NCBI RefSeq assembly: GCF_000315625.1
Contig: NW_005434655.1
Location: forward strand, 34,637-98,636
Direction: 5' to 3'
Origin: Guillardia theta CCMP2712
Lineage: Eukaryota; Protista; Cryptophyta
Length of the DNA: 64,000 nucleotides
The notes beneath the pieces are model-generated. The model worked only from the letters and a program-made list of their open reading frames with translations. It was not told the DNA's origin and did no database searches. Every line of letters begins with the position of its first letter. Within the stretch, counting starts at the first letter, position 1. The position numbers and the translations under genes were made by a program. This document shows positions 51,594 through 63,819 of this stretch, in pieces.

Positions 51594-52549
51594 CCTGCGC
51601 CTTTCCTCCCCCCCCCCCCCCCTTTCGGCCCTCCGCAATTGCCTCTCCTCCTTCCACAGCTGGACATCAAGACCCGTGGAGTCAGCGACGTGCTGGAAGG
51701 CGAGAGGCGAGTCTTGGCTGACCATGAAGCTTGTGACCTGACGGGACGGCTCAGACCCAGTCTGGAATCAGAGGATGGAGATTACCCTGGTCTCGGGCTC
51801 GGTACCTGCCCTTGCTGCCCATGTCGGAAGAGGTGAAAGTGGACCTGGCAGGTGGACTACGAGGGGATCTGGTGCAACGTCGCTGCTCCCTTCCACGTCC
51901 TTTGCGTGGAGGTAGGGGGGCATCCAGACTGTTGTAGCGATCTCAGCAGTTGTCCAGGTGTGGGATCGGGACTTTCCGAGGTTCCTCAATGGCGAGAGGA
52001 TCGCATCCTTGGAGGTCCTGCGCGCGTCCTCCCGTCCGCACCTCCTACTTCCCCCTTCCTCTCAACGTTTTCCTCCCTCCTCCCTCCTCCCTCCTCCCCC
52101 CTCCTCCCTCCTCCCTCCTCCCTCCTCCCTCCTCCCTCCTCCCTCCTCCCTCCTCCCTCCTCCCTCCTCCCTCCTCCCTCCTCCTTCATCTTCTGCTTCT
52201 TGCGTGACCTGTCCACTGTCGGCCTCAGATCCCGCTGGCGAGACTGATGGATGGGCGTTCGCACATGCACTGCATTTCCTTTCCATGGTAGCCGATCCTC
52301 GTCCTACTCGTCCTCGTCCCGGCATCCTTCTCCTCCTCCTTCTCCTCCTCCTTCTCCTCCTCCTCCTCCCGGAGTCGTTCCTCTCCTTCTCCATGACTGA
52401 CTGTCACCTCAAGGCCAGAGAGCGCTCGGCATCACAGCGAGGTACCTGAGGCCCTCGTTCCTCTCTGAACTCCGAAGCAGCTGAGAGTCTTTGAGCAGAG
52501 CAATGACGACAAGGGCACCATCTCCATCAAACTCCAATGGATCAGCTAA
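47609..52549 (+). CDS. Intron-dense membrane protein with a TB2/DP1/HVA22 (REEP/Yop1) domain and a C-terminal C2 domain
   Basis: Spliced exons 49203-49516 read SFNSIRAIETKGGDDDRQW|LTFWVIYFIFSMVERFSSVLLSRLPVYYEVK|LLLVIWLFPPFYGARWCY. C2-like exons: GKNFPRMDSTAFGGYADPYVK, VE|VWDRD, KGTISIKLQWIS-stop. The 5' end and single-gene status are uncertain. Confidence 0.65.
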
Positions 52550-52863
52550 GAGCTGACGAGAGCATCTGATCGGGTAGCCGGGCCGCAATGACTCCCCGGA
52601 GGCTCAGTTGGCAGGGCCGGGGTGATCACTCAGTAGCTCCGAGTATCACTCGGATGATGATGATCAGCCGACTATCATGGCAAGTGACTAGTAGATGTAC
52701 GGTCTTTGATCGAATCAATGAAACTTGAATGGGCGTCATATGATAGTATCGGGCACCCAACTTGAAGCGCGTGCCCGTGGCCACAGTGATCCGATATGAC
52801 AACTTGACTCGCTGATTTCCAACCTGAGATAGTCTCAGGACTATCTCATGGGCCGCCGCCCCG

Positions 52864-52993
52864 GCCCTGACTCTTTTTATTGACTGAAAAAGAAGGGGCA
52901 AACCGGAGTAAACAAAGGAGGCGGAGGATAAACCCTACAAACCCGCCTCAATAAAATACTAGGAAACGAAGGAGGCAGCGAATGCCCTGACTC
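52864..52993 (-). mobile_element. About 110-bp retroposed insertion (SINE or 5'-truncated LINE 3' end) with a 10-bp target-site duplication
   Basis: GCCCTGACTC at 52864-52873 and 52984-52993. The minus strand ends ...CAGTCAATAAAAA. Internal GAGGCGG/CCGCCTC stem; composition differs from the flanks. Confidence 0.6.
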
Positions 52994-53851
52994 AGTAGTA
53001 CGGTCCGTCAGCGGGACCGGACCGCACTGGAGCTGGCCTGGTACGTAGAAACGTTATTGACAGTTACAAGGGGTTTTGCCTGTTTTTTTATTAAATCATT
53101 TTTAAAAAGTATTTAGTTTTAAGTTCTCTCTCTGGTAATACGATGTGTACAATGTTCAGAAAATCAACTCTAAAAACAAAATCTTAAAATACAATTAGTA
53201 TGATGACATGCCAACCCAGAGGTCTTAGCATTTTGTATGAAAATAGGTATCAAATCTATGGTCACCTAGGACTTCAGCATGTATCAGAAGTGTACTAGGA
53301 AAAATATCAGCTGATAGAGATTTTTCGTACGAGGTCATAGGAAATTGATAGATACCGTAGAGGTCGCGGTGAAATGCAAAGACGATGTTGGGATGGGGTA
53401 GGATAACAATATTGTCATGTTGAGGAGAGAGGGAGAGCGACGAGAGGTGTTGTGATGCTAGAAGAGGCACCTTGGAGACTGTAATGTAAGACTTGGTTCC
53501 TGGAGCGTTGATGAGAGGTGTTGCCCGATCACAGATGGTCCGATGATGATTTGGTAGGATATGTTGGGTGGAGAAAGTATGTCACGTGGAATGCGATTCT
53601 GGATGTGCTGAGTTCTCAACAATGGAAGAGATAGTTTGAAATCATGTTATGAGCAAGAGGCGATTTTGTGCCAGAGATAGTAGTGAGGAAAATGAATACC
53701 GAAAAGGCTGTTTGTCTGAATCTAGATAACACGTTTACCTGTAATGGGGATGCTCCATGGGAAAACGAATTGAGTTTTTCTTCAGGTTAATGTTCATGCA
53801 GAAAGAACAGCGCGAAACACGAACGGTGTATGCTCTGATACAATAGGTCAA

Positions 53852-54862
53852 ATGGATTCATCTAGTTTGTTGTCTGCGCTCAGCTCAAGCTGTAAAAGGG
53901 TTAGAGCGGCCTGTGCGATTGCTCCGGATCAGGGCGAGCATGTTGAAGACGAGGGCTCCTGCGGGCTGCTGGACATTCAAGAAGATCTCATAGTGGTCAT
54001 CATGCGACACGCCGATGCGAGGGCGTACGGACGGCTCAGTGCATCATGCAAGGAGCTGCAACGCAGATGCGAGCTTCACCAGGCTGTGCTGTTCCGGCAC
54101 TACCTCATGTCGAGCTTCGACGTTCTCTTCGGAGAGACGGAGGTCTGCTGGGACTCTGGGTACGCGCTGGTAAAGATCGCGATCCCCTCCCTCACCCTCG
54201 TCATGGAGATCCGAGGGAAGTCATGTGCCGTGAGCTGCGACGGGTACAGGAAGGAGCTCACGGCGACGCAACGGCCGTGGGACGGGGACACGGGCTCGAT
54301 ACAAGAGATGATGTTTGGCTTCGTGGGCAAGAAGTCGTGCAGTTACAAGCAAGCATTCAGGGAGTGCGTGAGCATGCGCACTAGCTCGAGCTTCACCGAG
54401 CTGAAGAACGATCTAGACTCCTTCTCCTCGCAGACCCGCGCGCTCATCAGGACGATCCATGGCCTGCGCGGTCAGTCGCGGGAGATCTCCGTCTCTCTCC
54501 AGAAGTGCGAGGCCCGTAAGAAGAGGAGCGAGCAGCTCGAGCTCCTGGAGCGGGCTCGCCAAAGGTCTGGCGGGCAGGAGTGGGAACCGAGCGCAGTGAG
54601 GTGGGCTCAGAGGGCCCGAGCGGAGGGTGCGGGCCCGGAGGCCAGTGCTCTTGGCTCGTCTGAGTCACGGAGGGTCTGCGAGAGCCCGGCGGAGACAGCG
54701 AGCTACATGAAGCACCTCCGAGGGAGGTTGGCAGAGGTGAGGAAGAAACTCAAGGAGCGGCTGCAGGACGTGAGTAAGGTCCAACAAGAGATGGCGTCTC
54801 GCAGGCTGGGCCTCAAAGACTGTGAACGGAAGCTCAAGATCCTTCAGGACGTCGCTGCCTGA
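53852..54862 (+). CDS. F-box-like protein with a C-terminal coiled coil, intronless
   Basis: LLDIQEDLIVVIMRHADARAYGRLSASCKELQ resembles an F-box; heptad-rich C-terminus. Confidence 0.6.
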   Translation: MDSSSLLSALSSSCKRVRAACAIAPDQGEHVEDEGSCGLLDIQEDLIVVIMRHADARAYGRLSASCKELQRRCELHQAVLFRHYLMSSFDVLFGETEVCWDSGYALVKIAIPSLTLVMEIRGKSCAVSCDGYRKELTATQRPWDGDTGSIQEMMFGFVGKKSCSYKQAFRECVSMRTSSSFTELKNDLDSFSSQTRALIRTIHGLRGQSREISVSLQKCEARKKRSEQLELLERARQRSGGQEWEPSAVRWAQRARAEGAGPEASALGSSESRRVCESPAETASYMKHLRGRLAEVRKKLKERLQDVSKVQQEMASRRLGLKDCERKLKILQDVAA

Positions 54863-55256
54863 TCCCCCTCCTCTCCGTCCTGCCCAGTTGTAATCTTTTA
54901 GCATCGCGATGGGCGTCGAAACGTCCTCCCGACATATTGCTTATGTCGATAGCTGCCGTGCTCCTTGGTTGCTTCGCTTCGTTGCCTTGGACAGGGCTCG
55001 CGCATGATGAGGACCTCGACACTAACCCCTTACTCAGCTCATTTCTTGTTATTGTTTGCAGTACAAACTTTCCCCTGATCAGAAATTGGCCTCAACAACT
55101 TTCCTCGTGCTCTTCACCTGCCAGGCGGCAGTTGCCCGGCGGCCAGTGAGCTTGATGCTCCTGGTGGATCAGCCATGTCGCTGCTATGACGGTCGGATCT
55201 CTGCCATTGCCGCCCCCCGGCGCTGCTGCCCCCGCTGCTGCCTGTCACAGTGCGGT

Positions 55257-57168
55257 ATGAGTCGAGGAATTTATTCCATGGCTACCAGTAGTGACAGGGA
55301 CCGGGGTGGTATGAGTACATTGTGAGGGTGGGGTGGTAAGACCGGTCAGTTGGGGGAACAATGCTGCGGAGGGAGGAGCGGCGGATGCTGGATAGCCTCA
55401 GCAAGAGGTGGAACATGGAGGAGGAGAAGTTCCTGATCAAGAGACAAGCTCCTCCTCCTCTCCCTCTCACTCGATCTGAGAGTCTGCAGAGGTCCTCTGG
55501 TCCGATCCTGAGACTGAGGAGGCAGCAGGATGCGGGGGATGCTGGGAGTGGAGGACAAGGGAAGATTCAACGACCCTCGGTGCTGAATGAGTACATGGCA
55601 TTCGCAAAGAACAGGATGGAGAGGCTCAAGGCCTCTGCTCCTGTCCGTCCCTTCCCCTCCTTGCTCGCCGAACAGAGCGCGATCGAGTTCATGCAGACGT
55701 CACAGTGGCAAGAATCACGGAAGAACCCTTACGCGGATGTGGAGGATGCGATCAAGAGGAAGAAGTCGCGATGGAGGACGAGGAGGATCGTGAACATGGA
55801 GCTGAAGAAAAGTTTACCGACCTGCCCTACATCGACCAGGATGACGCTCACATCGTGACAAGGAAAGCTCGACGGCTGCGACTGGCCATGAGCGAGTTCG
55901 GGATGTTGAAGAAGGCGATGATGATACAAGAGGGGATGGAGAGCGCAGAGAACCTGGCAGGTGGGAAGAACAAGAACGACAGGATGAAGAACATGTCAGA
56001 GATGCTCTACAACGCACACGCGGCATGGAAGAAGCTGCAGATGAAGGTGACGAGGGCTGCTGGCACGGCAGAGGAGGGCGAGGAGGCGGTGAAGCCCAGC
56101 GCAAGGAGGGGCCACACGCTGACGCTGGTCAACTCAGCGTACGCGCTGCTGATCGGAGGGTCATCGGGGAGAGGCAGCAAGTACTGCAACGCCATGATGA
56201 AACTGAACCTGGTGGACTTGTGCTGGGAGAAGGTCGATTGCTTCGGCACGAAGCCACCGGCTCGCTCCTACCACACAGCCCTGCTGTCGGACCAGGTGAA
56301 GGTCATTGTGTTCGGGGGGACAGGGAAGCAGGGCAACCTCAACGACTGCTACGAGCTCAACGTGTTGGAGATGCGTTGGAGCATCCTCTTCCAGAGCGGC
56401 GACGTCCGTCCCTCGCCAAGGCACGGCCACACCATGACACAGACGTCGCAGGAAGAGGTGGCGATCCTCTTCGGTGGAGCAGGAGCAGGCTTCTTCAACG
56501 ACCTCTTCCTCTTCGACTGCAGGACGGGACGGTGGTCGCTGCCTCCTCAGCATGGCGCCCCCCCGGCCCCCCGCGCCTTCCACTCGACCTGCGCGCTGGA
56601 CCGCAACAACCGCATGTTCATCTTCGGAGGGCAGAACGGCTCCGCCAACTTCAACGACATGTACGATTTCGACATGGAGACGATGACTTGGACTTTCGTG
56701 CAGACGACCGGCATCCTCCCCTCCCCCCGGTGGGGCCACAGCGCGGTGGTGCAGGGGATGGATACGATGATCGTGTTCGGAGGGGCAGGTGATCAGTTCT
56801 TCAACGACGTCTTCCTTTACAACCTCTTTGGATCCTCCTGGAAGTTCGCCCATGGCCCAGGTGAGGCCCCTGCTGGGAGGTGGGGCCATTCTTGCATCAT
56901 GCACGGGGAGTCTGCGGCCCTGTACATCTTCGGAGGGTGCAGCAAGCACGCGGCCTCTGAAGATGACACCTTCCAGTTCAACCTGCTGATGATGCAGGTG
57001 GACGAGACGGCCAGGCAGCGAACTTCGTCCAGGAAGGTGCTCGATGGGCTGCAGTCTCCGGATACAGAGCACTCCTCGGCGTCAGCTCAAGTCCAGCTGC
57101 ATGCAGACTGGACAAAGATGCACGCGGACAACGAGAGGAGATGGTCGGCAAGATCGAGAGTTCCTTAG
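55257..57168 (+). CDS. Kelch-repeat beta-propeller protein (six repeats) with an N-terminal extension; frame discontinuity near 55766
   Basis: PSARRGHT..LIGG, PPARSYHT..VFGG, PSPRHGHT..LFGG, PAPRAFHS..IFGG, PSPRWGHS..VFGG and PAGRWGHS..IFGG. Both ends are approximate. Confidence 0.85.
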
Positions 57169-57331
57169 AAGAATAATGGGGCGGGGAGGAAAAGCAGGGA
57201 GAGGGAGTGGGGGGAGAGGGCGGAGGATAGAGAATCATGGATCCAGAGCGTCTCTTAGAGACGATGGTCCATTGTAGAATACAAGATGCGACATGAAGTC
57301 GTTGACCGCAACTTCCACCTGCTCCCGAATG

Positions 57332-60300
57332 TCAGCTGGAGGGAAAAAGAGGAACGAGTCGTGAATCCCACGTGCTATCGTCCTCGCTGACACTCCCTCT
57401 CATGTCTACAAGCTCCAATCGCTCCAGCGACTTGGCGGCTTGCAGAATATCAAAGGCTCCGACGCACCCGAACTTGTTGTCTGGAGGACGAGGTGAGAGG
57501 AGATAACGCGTGAAGGGAGCGATAGGATTATGGAATGTTAAGATGGGTGAAGCAAGCAAACATGAGCAAGTGATGATGAGAGTAGAAGGGAATAAAACAG
57601 CACTGTCATTACCTGTGAGAATCAGTTCCTCGAGAAACGAGAACCTCTGGATGATTTCTGCGACCACTTTAGCGCACCTCTTGTCGATACAAGTATTGCT
57701 CAAGTTGAGCTCCTTCAAAGAGTATCCAACAGCCGTGCAAGAAGATGAGGGAGAGGTTGATGACGACGACGAGCATCTTCCTGTGTCTACATCGGAGTGT
57801 TGAACACACAATCGCTCTTCTTCTTCGAGGCTCTTGAGCAGCATCGCGTATCCTGCCGCTCCCAGCTGGATCCCATTGAGATGAAGTGTGAGTAGAGGAC
57901 AACTTTGTGGCCTCAGGAGAGCAACAGCGAGACCAGGAAGAAACCTGAAGAGGACGAGCTAAGAAATGAGGAAAACATACGAGGGTGCACGGAGCGATTC
58001 ACTCACAAACATGACTTTGACGTCGGAAGAGCATCTCCTGTTATTCTGAGGTGCCTCACACGCATTTCCTGGCTGAGCATACGACCGACCTTGTCAAAGT
58101 CCCCTGCTCGTTCACTGAAGTCTCAACCACTTGGCCGCCGTTCACAACGACTAAAGTTTCTCACCTGCCTCACAGTGGATATCCAAATCTTCATACACCC
58201 CTCGAGCTGCTCCAGATTGATCTCCACCCACAGAACCTCCTGACGATCTTGCACATCTCAATCCCAACAACGCGATGTCATCCAGATTCCACCCATGCAG
58301 CGATAAAGAGGACAGGTTCCCATCGCAACAGAGAGGATGAAAGTGGCTGAGCGGGAAAGTTTCAAGTGGCTCAGACGTGCTATTATAGTCGCTATCACTT
58401 CTCTGATGTGAGACGTTCAGCCTTTGAAGTGCTGTTGCGATGATTGTGACAGGTTGTGAACAATGATCGCTCTTCTTCAGAAAGCAACTCGACAGAGTCT
58501 CGAAGCAATCTCGATCGAGGAGGTAATTGGAAGAAAGATCTAAAGCCTGAAAGACAAAGATGCTCAAAAGATATCAATGTACGAAAAGTTTTGTCGTCAC
58601 CGTAAGTGAAGCTGTAATTTCCGACAACAATAATCGAATCATAGACATTTCGTAGCAACCCAAATTGTTATCTGAAAGAGTCAACGACTTGATTCCGTAG
58701 AGCTTCGCGGAAAAAAGAGACGCCGTGATAAACACGATACCATCAGCAATCTGATTGTCTGACAAATCCAATTCTTCCAGCAATGACAACCTGCATGCAC
58801 TTTCAGAATGTCATGATGGAAAAGATTGTTTTGTTTTTTATTGTCTCCATCCCCTCCTCTGCTCTGCTGTGATCTGCTTCTTGCTCTCGCTCACCTCGAA
58901 ATGCCTTTGGAAAGTGCCTCTGCTCCGGCAACTCCGAGCCGCAAACTTACAATGCTCAGTTTGCGGAGATGCTTCAACGATGGCATCGAAAGAATCTCTG
59001 AGATAGACAGACCAGGATCTTCACAGTCGCTGCTGATATGAGGAGGGAGTTGAGATGAGAGAGAGAGAGATGTAATATCTGTAGTTCTTTCGAAGAGAGC
59101 AAGAAAGGTTTCGTGCCCGTTCGCATCCAGGTGACATGTCTGTAGGTCCACCGCCTCCACCTCCCCTACTCGCATATTCCAGCGGGTTGCAAGCAACATG
59201 TCAAGGATAGCAGCTTCTGCTAGTTCAGCATGCTTCAAGGTGACTGTCGGGGTCCCTGGTGGAAGAGAAAAAGGGATACCGTTCACTTCCTGTTGGGCTT
59301 GTGAGCTTTTGATCAGCAGGAAAAGGTCTTGACCTTCAAGTTATGGCAACCGGAGAGATGCTCTAGTATCAGGCTGCCGGTCTCGTAGCGCAATCTTTGG
59401 CAATAACGTCAATCTGTATGGAGCAAAAGGAGAGTGGGAGGAAGAAAGAAGTAGGACGGGGCGAGAACAAAGAAATAGTTTGAAAACTATACGCACATGG
59501 GTAAGAAGAAAATGAACAAGACGGCAAGTAGGAAACATGCATGTAGGAAACATTGACTTAACTTTGAACTTATACGAGAAGAAGAGGAAGGGAGAGAGTA
59601 AGGGGAAGCGGGAAAGGAAGGAAGGAAGGAGGCCAAGTGGAGAAGAAGAAAGGGGAAGGGGGAGGATGGACCTGTTGAGACGAAGATCCAAGATCTCGAG
59701 CAAGGGAAGCAACTTCAGTGAACAGTTCTCAGCTCTTCCATCTTTCCTTCCAACAGGGCAAAACCTCGAGTGCAGGCAAAAGAGAAATCGCTCCCGCATC
59801 TCCACACTTGTTTCCTAGAGATCTCTCATTTTCAATTCAATTCCTCCCCCCCTTCTCCCCATCTTCCCCATCGTGCATGTCCTACTCACCTCTCAACATC
59901 AGCTGGGTCAGAGCCAAAGGTTGCACTTTGGATGCATCCATGATCGCCTGTGCAAAGTCGGACATGCTGGCACTTCCCAGTCTGTTGTCGGACAGGTCGA
60001 GGACTTGCAAGTTAGACACACTTCTTTGGCGATGCAGGGCATGAGGAAGCGGGCCAGGCTCAGCGCAGCTTTTTCGCACGAGCCAGCGTCGGAGGAGGAG
60101 GCAGAAATTCTCAAAATCCTGACGGCTCATGATTGCAGCATTCCTGGAGAGGTAAATCTCTCTCAGCTCATGGCTGTGGTCCAAAAACTGCAATCGAGCA
60201 CTGAGATCAAACGAAAAGCATGCACGGTGAACTCACAGTGAGGAGGAGGCTGGTATCCCACGAGGTTCCTTCCCTGTACTCCACACCCTTTCTCTCAAGC

Positions 60301-60781
60301 ATGTCGACGTATCGCGACTCCTCTGCTCCTTTGTTCCCTCTACGCCTCGACAATCCCATCTCGCTGGGGTACCCTCTAGGGAGCTCGTTCTTGCGATAGG
60401 TGCTCATACCGTTCAGTCTTGCTACCCTGATCTTGTCCAGGTGTCCAGCAAGTTGCACGAGCAGGAGCGCAATGCTGCACTGGGACAGAGCATGAGCTGT
60501 GCACACAAAGGCAGAGGAGGAGAGGAGGGGAGGGCTGAGGGGAGGGGTTGGACATGCTTACAGGTTCTTTGACTCCAACGTTCAACGTCCTCCCATCCTG
60601 ATCGAAAAGTTTGGCGAGGAGTCTGCTGTTGCTTGTTGGCTGGGACCCGAACTTGCTGTCCAGCACCCACACAAACTTGGGGATGTCGATCCGAATCTCT
60701 TTCACGTGCTGCAACACTCGGTGAAACCTGCCAAGCAGGAAGGAGTGATCTGACCAGCACGATAGAGGATTTCTTAGTCAT
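57332..60781 (-). CDS. RNI-like leucine-rich-repeat protein, multi-exon
   Basis: LREIYLSRN, LQVLDLSDNRLG, LEILDLRLN, LEELDLSDNQI, LTLSDNNLG, LDLSSNYL and LKELNLSNT spread over successive exons. Both ends are approximate. Confidence 0.75.
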
Positions 60782-61572
60782 AGATCACCTCCTGCATACA
60801 CACATTCCCATCATGACTCTTTCTGGGGCGTTGCTGAAGATCGCTATGATCCCCTGTAAGGAAAAAAGAACGTTTCATGTCCCAAGTACTCACCCTAGTT
60901 CCTTACCACCCCATCTTCCTCTCCTCCTCTCCTCCTCTCCTCCTCTCCTCCTCTCCTCCTCTCCTTCCTCTCCCTCCAGACTTCTCTGCATGTGCCTCCC
61001 TCTCAACATGACAACAGCCTCTCCTTCCCGCCATCGCCTCTCGTCACCTCGTCAAGAACCACCAAGAGCCCCGCCATGTCTTCCACAAACTTGCGACCGA
61101 ACTCAGGTCATCCAAAAACTTCGCCGGGTCCCGGTCCGAACTTGGAACTGGCGGCCCTGGGCACTGGCAAGCGGCCGGGCCCGGCTCATCGGACCCAGAA
61201 CTTCGGTTGTCGCCGATGAACGTCTAAAGCCTAGGGAAAATTCTCTATGTTACGGTTTCCCGATCAACTTTAAACAACTTCACGCCCATGTCGGAGATAA
61301 TGTAGCATCCCCGCCGACTCCGGGCAGGCGAAACTGCAGTGCGGCGAGCGGCGCCGTGACCGTCCGATCCGACAGTATTCACTGGAATGATCTTTTATTC
61401 AGTACTTGCTATTTACATTCATCAAGCTAGGAATTACAGCGACTCATTCTGAATGAAATCTCAACAAACCTTGTGCACCATTGGCAACATCGTGCCGCAC
61501 ACTGCGACTGAGACCACACAGACCTCACTCACTGTGACACTTACGCGACCAGGCTGCCGGGAGGTAGCAAAA

Positions 61573-62571
61573 TTAAGCCTTGCCGGCCTCGATCTTGCTG
61601 CTCTGCTGTGCTGCCTGCGCGTGCTCCAGCACGTACGGATTCGTCTCGTCTACCTTCAGCCCTGACAGCGTGTGGTTCACGTCCCGATGGCATGCCTCGT
61701 CCGCTCGCACCGCCAGCATCAAGTCTCTCATGGTCGCCTCCGGCTTGAGGTGCCAGTAGTCGATGGCGATCTGAGGGGCGGCCTGCGTCTTCCAGTGTCC
61801 CAGGCGCCCGTCGTCGATCGCGTTGATGATGTCCGTGTAGGTCTTCACCGCCTCCTCCTCGAGGTACCCCACGAACCGATGGCAGAACCGCGGGCTCACC
61901 AGGTAGCACAGGAAGAAGACGTTCATGAACACTCCCTGCGTCCCTACGACCGCTGCGCGGAAGAGAGGCCCCGGCCTGCGGAGCTTGACAAACGTCAGCA
62001 AGTGCATGCGCTCGTTCTCCGCCTCCTCCAGCAGCGTGTGGATCCACCCGTGATCACGGTCCATGATGCGCAGGGAGCGCAGGTGACGAAGCATGCCCGC
62101 CGTCATGCCGGGCACTCCCGCGACGGTCTCGAGGAAGCAGATGCGGTTGATGACCTTGCCCTCCGTGAGGTTGCCGAAGCGATACCCAGAGAAAGTGTCG
62201 AAAGACCACCGCGCTGCCTTCACCGCAGCAAGCGCCACACGGTCGACCATGTCCTCGGGTTTCTTGTGGGTCTTCTTGATGCTGTTGACCTCCTCCTCGG
62301 TCCAGACGGAGTGCTGCATGGGGTTGGCCCAGACCTCCTTGTCGGACACGGCCACCTTGGAGACGCCGAGGGGATGGACGTTGGTAGAGGTCTTGAAGTG
62401 GACCATGTCATGGACGATGGTGGGGTCTTCCCTGGGGGGACCTCCACGGGCGGAGGCGAGGAGGCGCTTGAAGGCGAGGGTGTTGATAGCGGAGGCAGAG
62501 GAGGAGGAGGCGACAAGAGAGCGGATGGGGAGGGCGGAGAGCCTCGTCGCAGAACGAAGGAGGGGGAGCAT
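61573..62571 (-). CDS. AOX: Mitochondrial alternative oxidase (copy 1), intronless
   Basis: LETVAGVPGM, GWIHTLLEEAENERMHL, HRFVGYLEEEAVKTY and RADEACHRDVNH di-iron motifs; R/S/L/A-rich transit peptide. Confidence 0.97.
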   Translation of the reverse strand: MLPLLRSATRLSALPIRSLVASSSSASAINTLAFKRLLASARGGPPREDPTIVHDMVHFKTSTNVHPLGVSKVAVSDKEVWANPMQHSVWTEEEVNSIKKTHKKPEDMVDRVALAAVKAARWSFDTFSGYRFGNLTEGKVINRICFLETVAGVPGMTAGMLRHLRSLRIMDRDHGWIHTLLEEAENERMHLLTFVKLRRPGPLFRAAVVGTQGVFMNVFFLCYLVSPRFCHRFVGYLEEEAVKTYTDIINAIDDGRLGHWKTQAAPQIAIDYWHLKPEATMRDLMLAVRADEACHRDVNHTLSGLKVDETNPYVLEHAQAAQQSSKIEAGKA

Positions 62572-62604
62572 GTTCTATCAGTGAGACAAACGTTGTCGGA
62601 GGGG

Positions 62605-62613
62605 TTATAAATA
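62605..62613 (-). promoter_or_regulatory. TATA-like box (TATTTATAA) upstream of AOX copy 1
   Basis: 34-42 nt upstream of the ATG, in otherwise G/C-skewed DNA. Confidence 0.45.
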
Positions 62614-63819
62614 CACCGACTTCCCGACCCCCACCCATCCAATTTTCCAGTCCCACTACATGTACCCTTTGCTCCATACTTTATCAATTTCACTACCCTA
62701 TTTTGATAACCCCTACCCCCTTTATTCCATCATTCACATTGGAATGAGTCAGGGCACTGATACCCACCTCATTGACCCCCACCCTTTAAATACATAGGGA
62801 ACCCTACCCTTCATTACACCACCCCCAATGGGAAAGCCAAACAGGCACTTTCCATGTCCAACTCGGAGACCCCCACAAAAGCTTACCCACCCCCATCGAT
62901 ACATACCCCCGAAAACTAAAATCTAGCATTTGAATTTCCGTCACAATTTGGAATAATGACTGGTCCTATAACAAATTTGATGACCCCCACCCACTTCGGA
63001 GAACCCTACCCCTGAACAAGGATTCTTTGACTCATACAGCATCCCTGTCAGTGACCTGCTATGATCGACTGCACGAGCACTACCCTACCCACTACCCCTC
63101 CTATGTCTCTGACCCTACCCTAATGTTTTCGCAGGATTTCCTACCACCAGGTCGGGTTCTCGTCCCCGAAGTCCCAAACACTGAGAAATCTCAGGGTGGT
63201 AACCCCTACCCATTCGAAACAGCAGAAAGGTACCGGTGATAGTAACGTGATTGTCACTGACCAGATACGTTTCGCGTCCGTTCCTTGCGTCCTGAGGGCA
63301 AGGGGGTATACCCCTACCTACCTTTTTACTTCAAATACTTGGGTAGCAAATCCAGGATGGGTGGAGGTCAGCAAGGCAAGGGTGTGTAGCTGTCAGCCCG
63401 ATTACGGTGGGGTCATTTGTCCTACCCACCATGGGAATCGAGGAAAGTTGTTTGATATTTGAGGGGTCTAAGGATACACCGGTGGTATTGATCACCCCTA
63501 CAATAAAACTTGGATAAGTATTTATGCACCACGGGTGTTATTTCCCTTGGACGGGAGGGTTTCACATCACCGGTACTTTGAGGGGGTAGAGCAGGGGTAC
63601 TTCATGACCGGCTTTATCCCAAAAAAAAATCCCAAGCTCTCTTGGCTGAGATACCCTAATCTCGGTCAGCATACTACAAAGTACCCGGTACTAGCCTGAG
63701 GATATGGCAGAGAAATACACCGGTGCAAAAAGGACCCACCCATGATGCTCCTAGTCCCCCCGCCCCCCTGTCGGAGCAAGTAAAAGTTGCGAGAAAGAAA
63801 ACCAACGCTTCACTCGACC

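Noticed and set aside
52893-53099. Possible telomerase RNA: template-like TAAACCCTA, 5'/3' complementary GGCAAACC/GGTTTTGCC and a T7 run
   Set aside because: The template-like word sits in a small hairpin loop with no evident pseudoknot, and the TSD plus A-tail explain the segment better as a retro-insertion.
62572-63819. Fungal AOX-induction motif CGG-N7-CGG, which would link the Zn2Cys6 gene to the AOX pair as AOD2/AOD5 do in Neurospora
   Set aside because: I found no CGG/CCG pair with 7-nt spacing in the spacer; the closest is CCG-N5-CCG at 62616.
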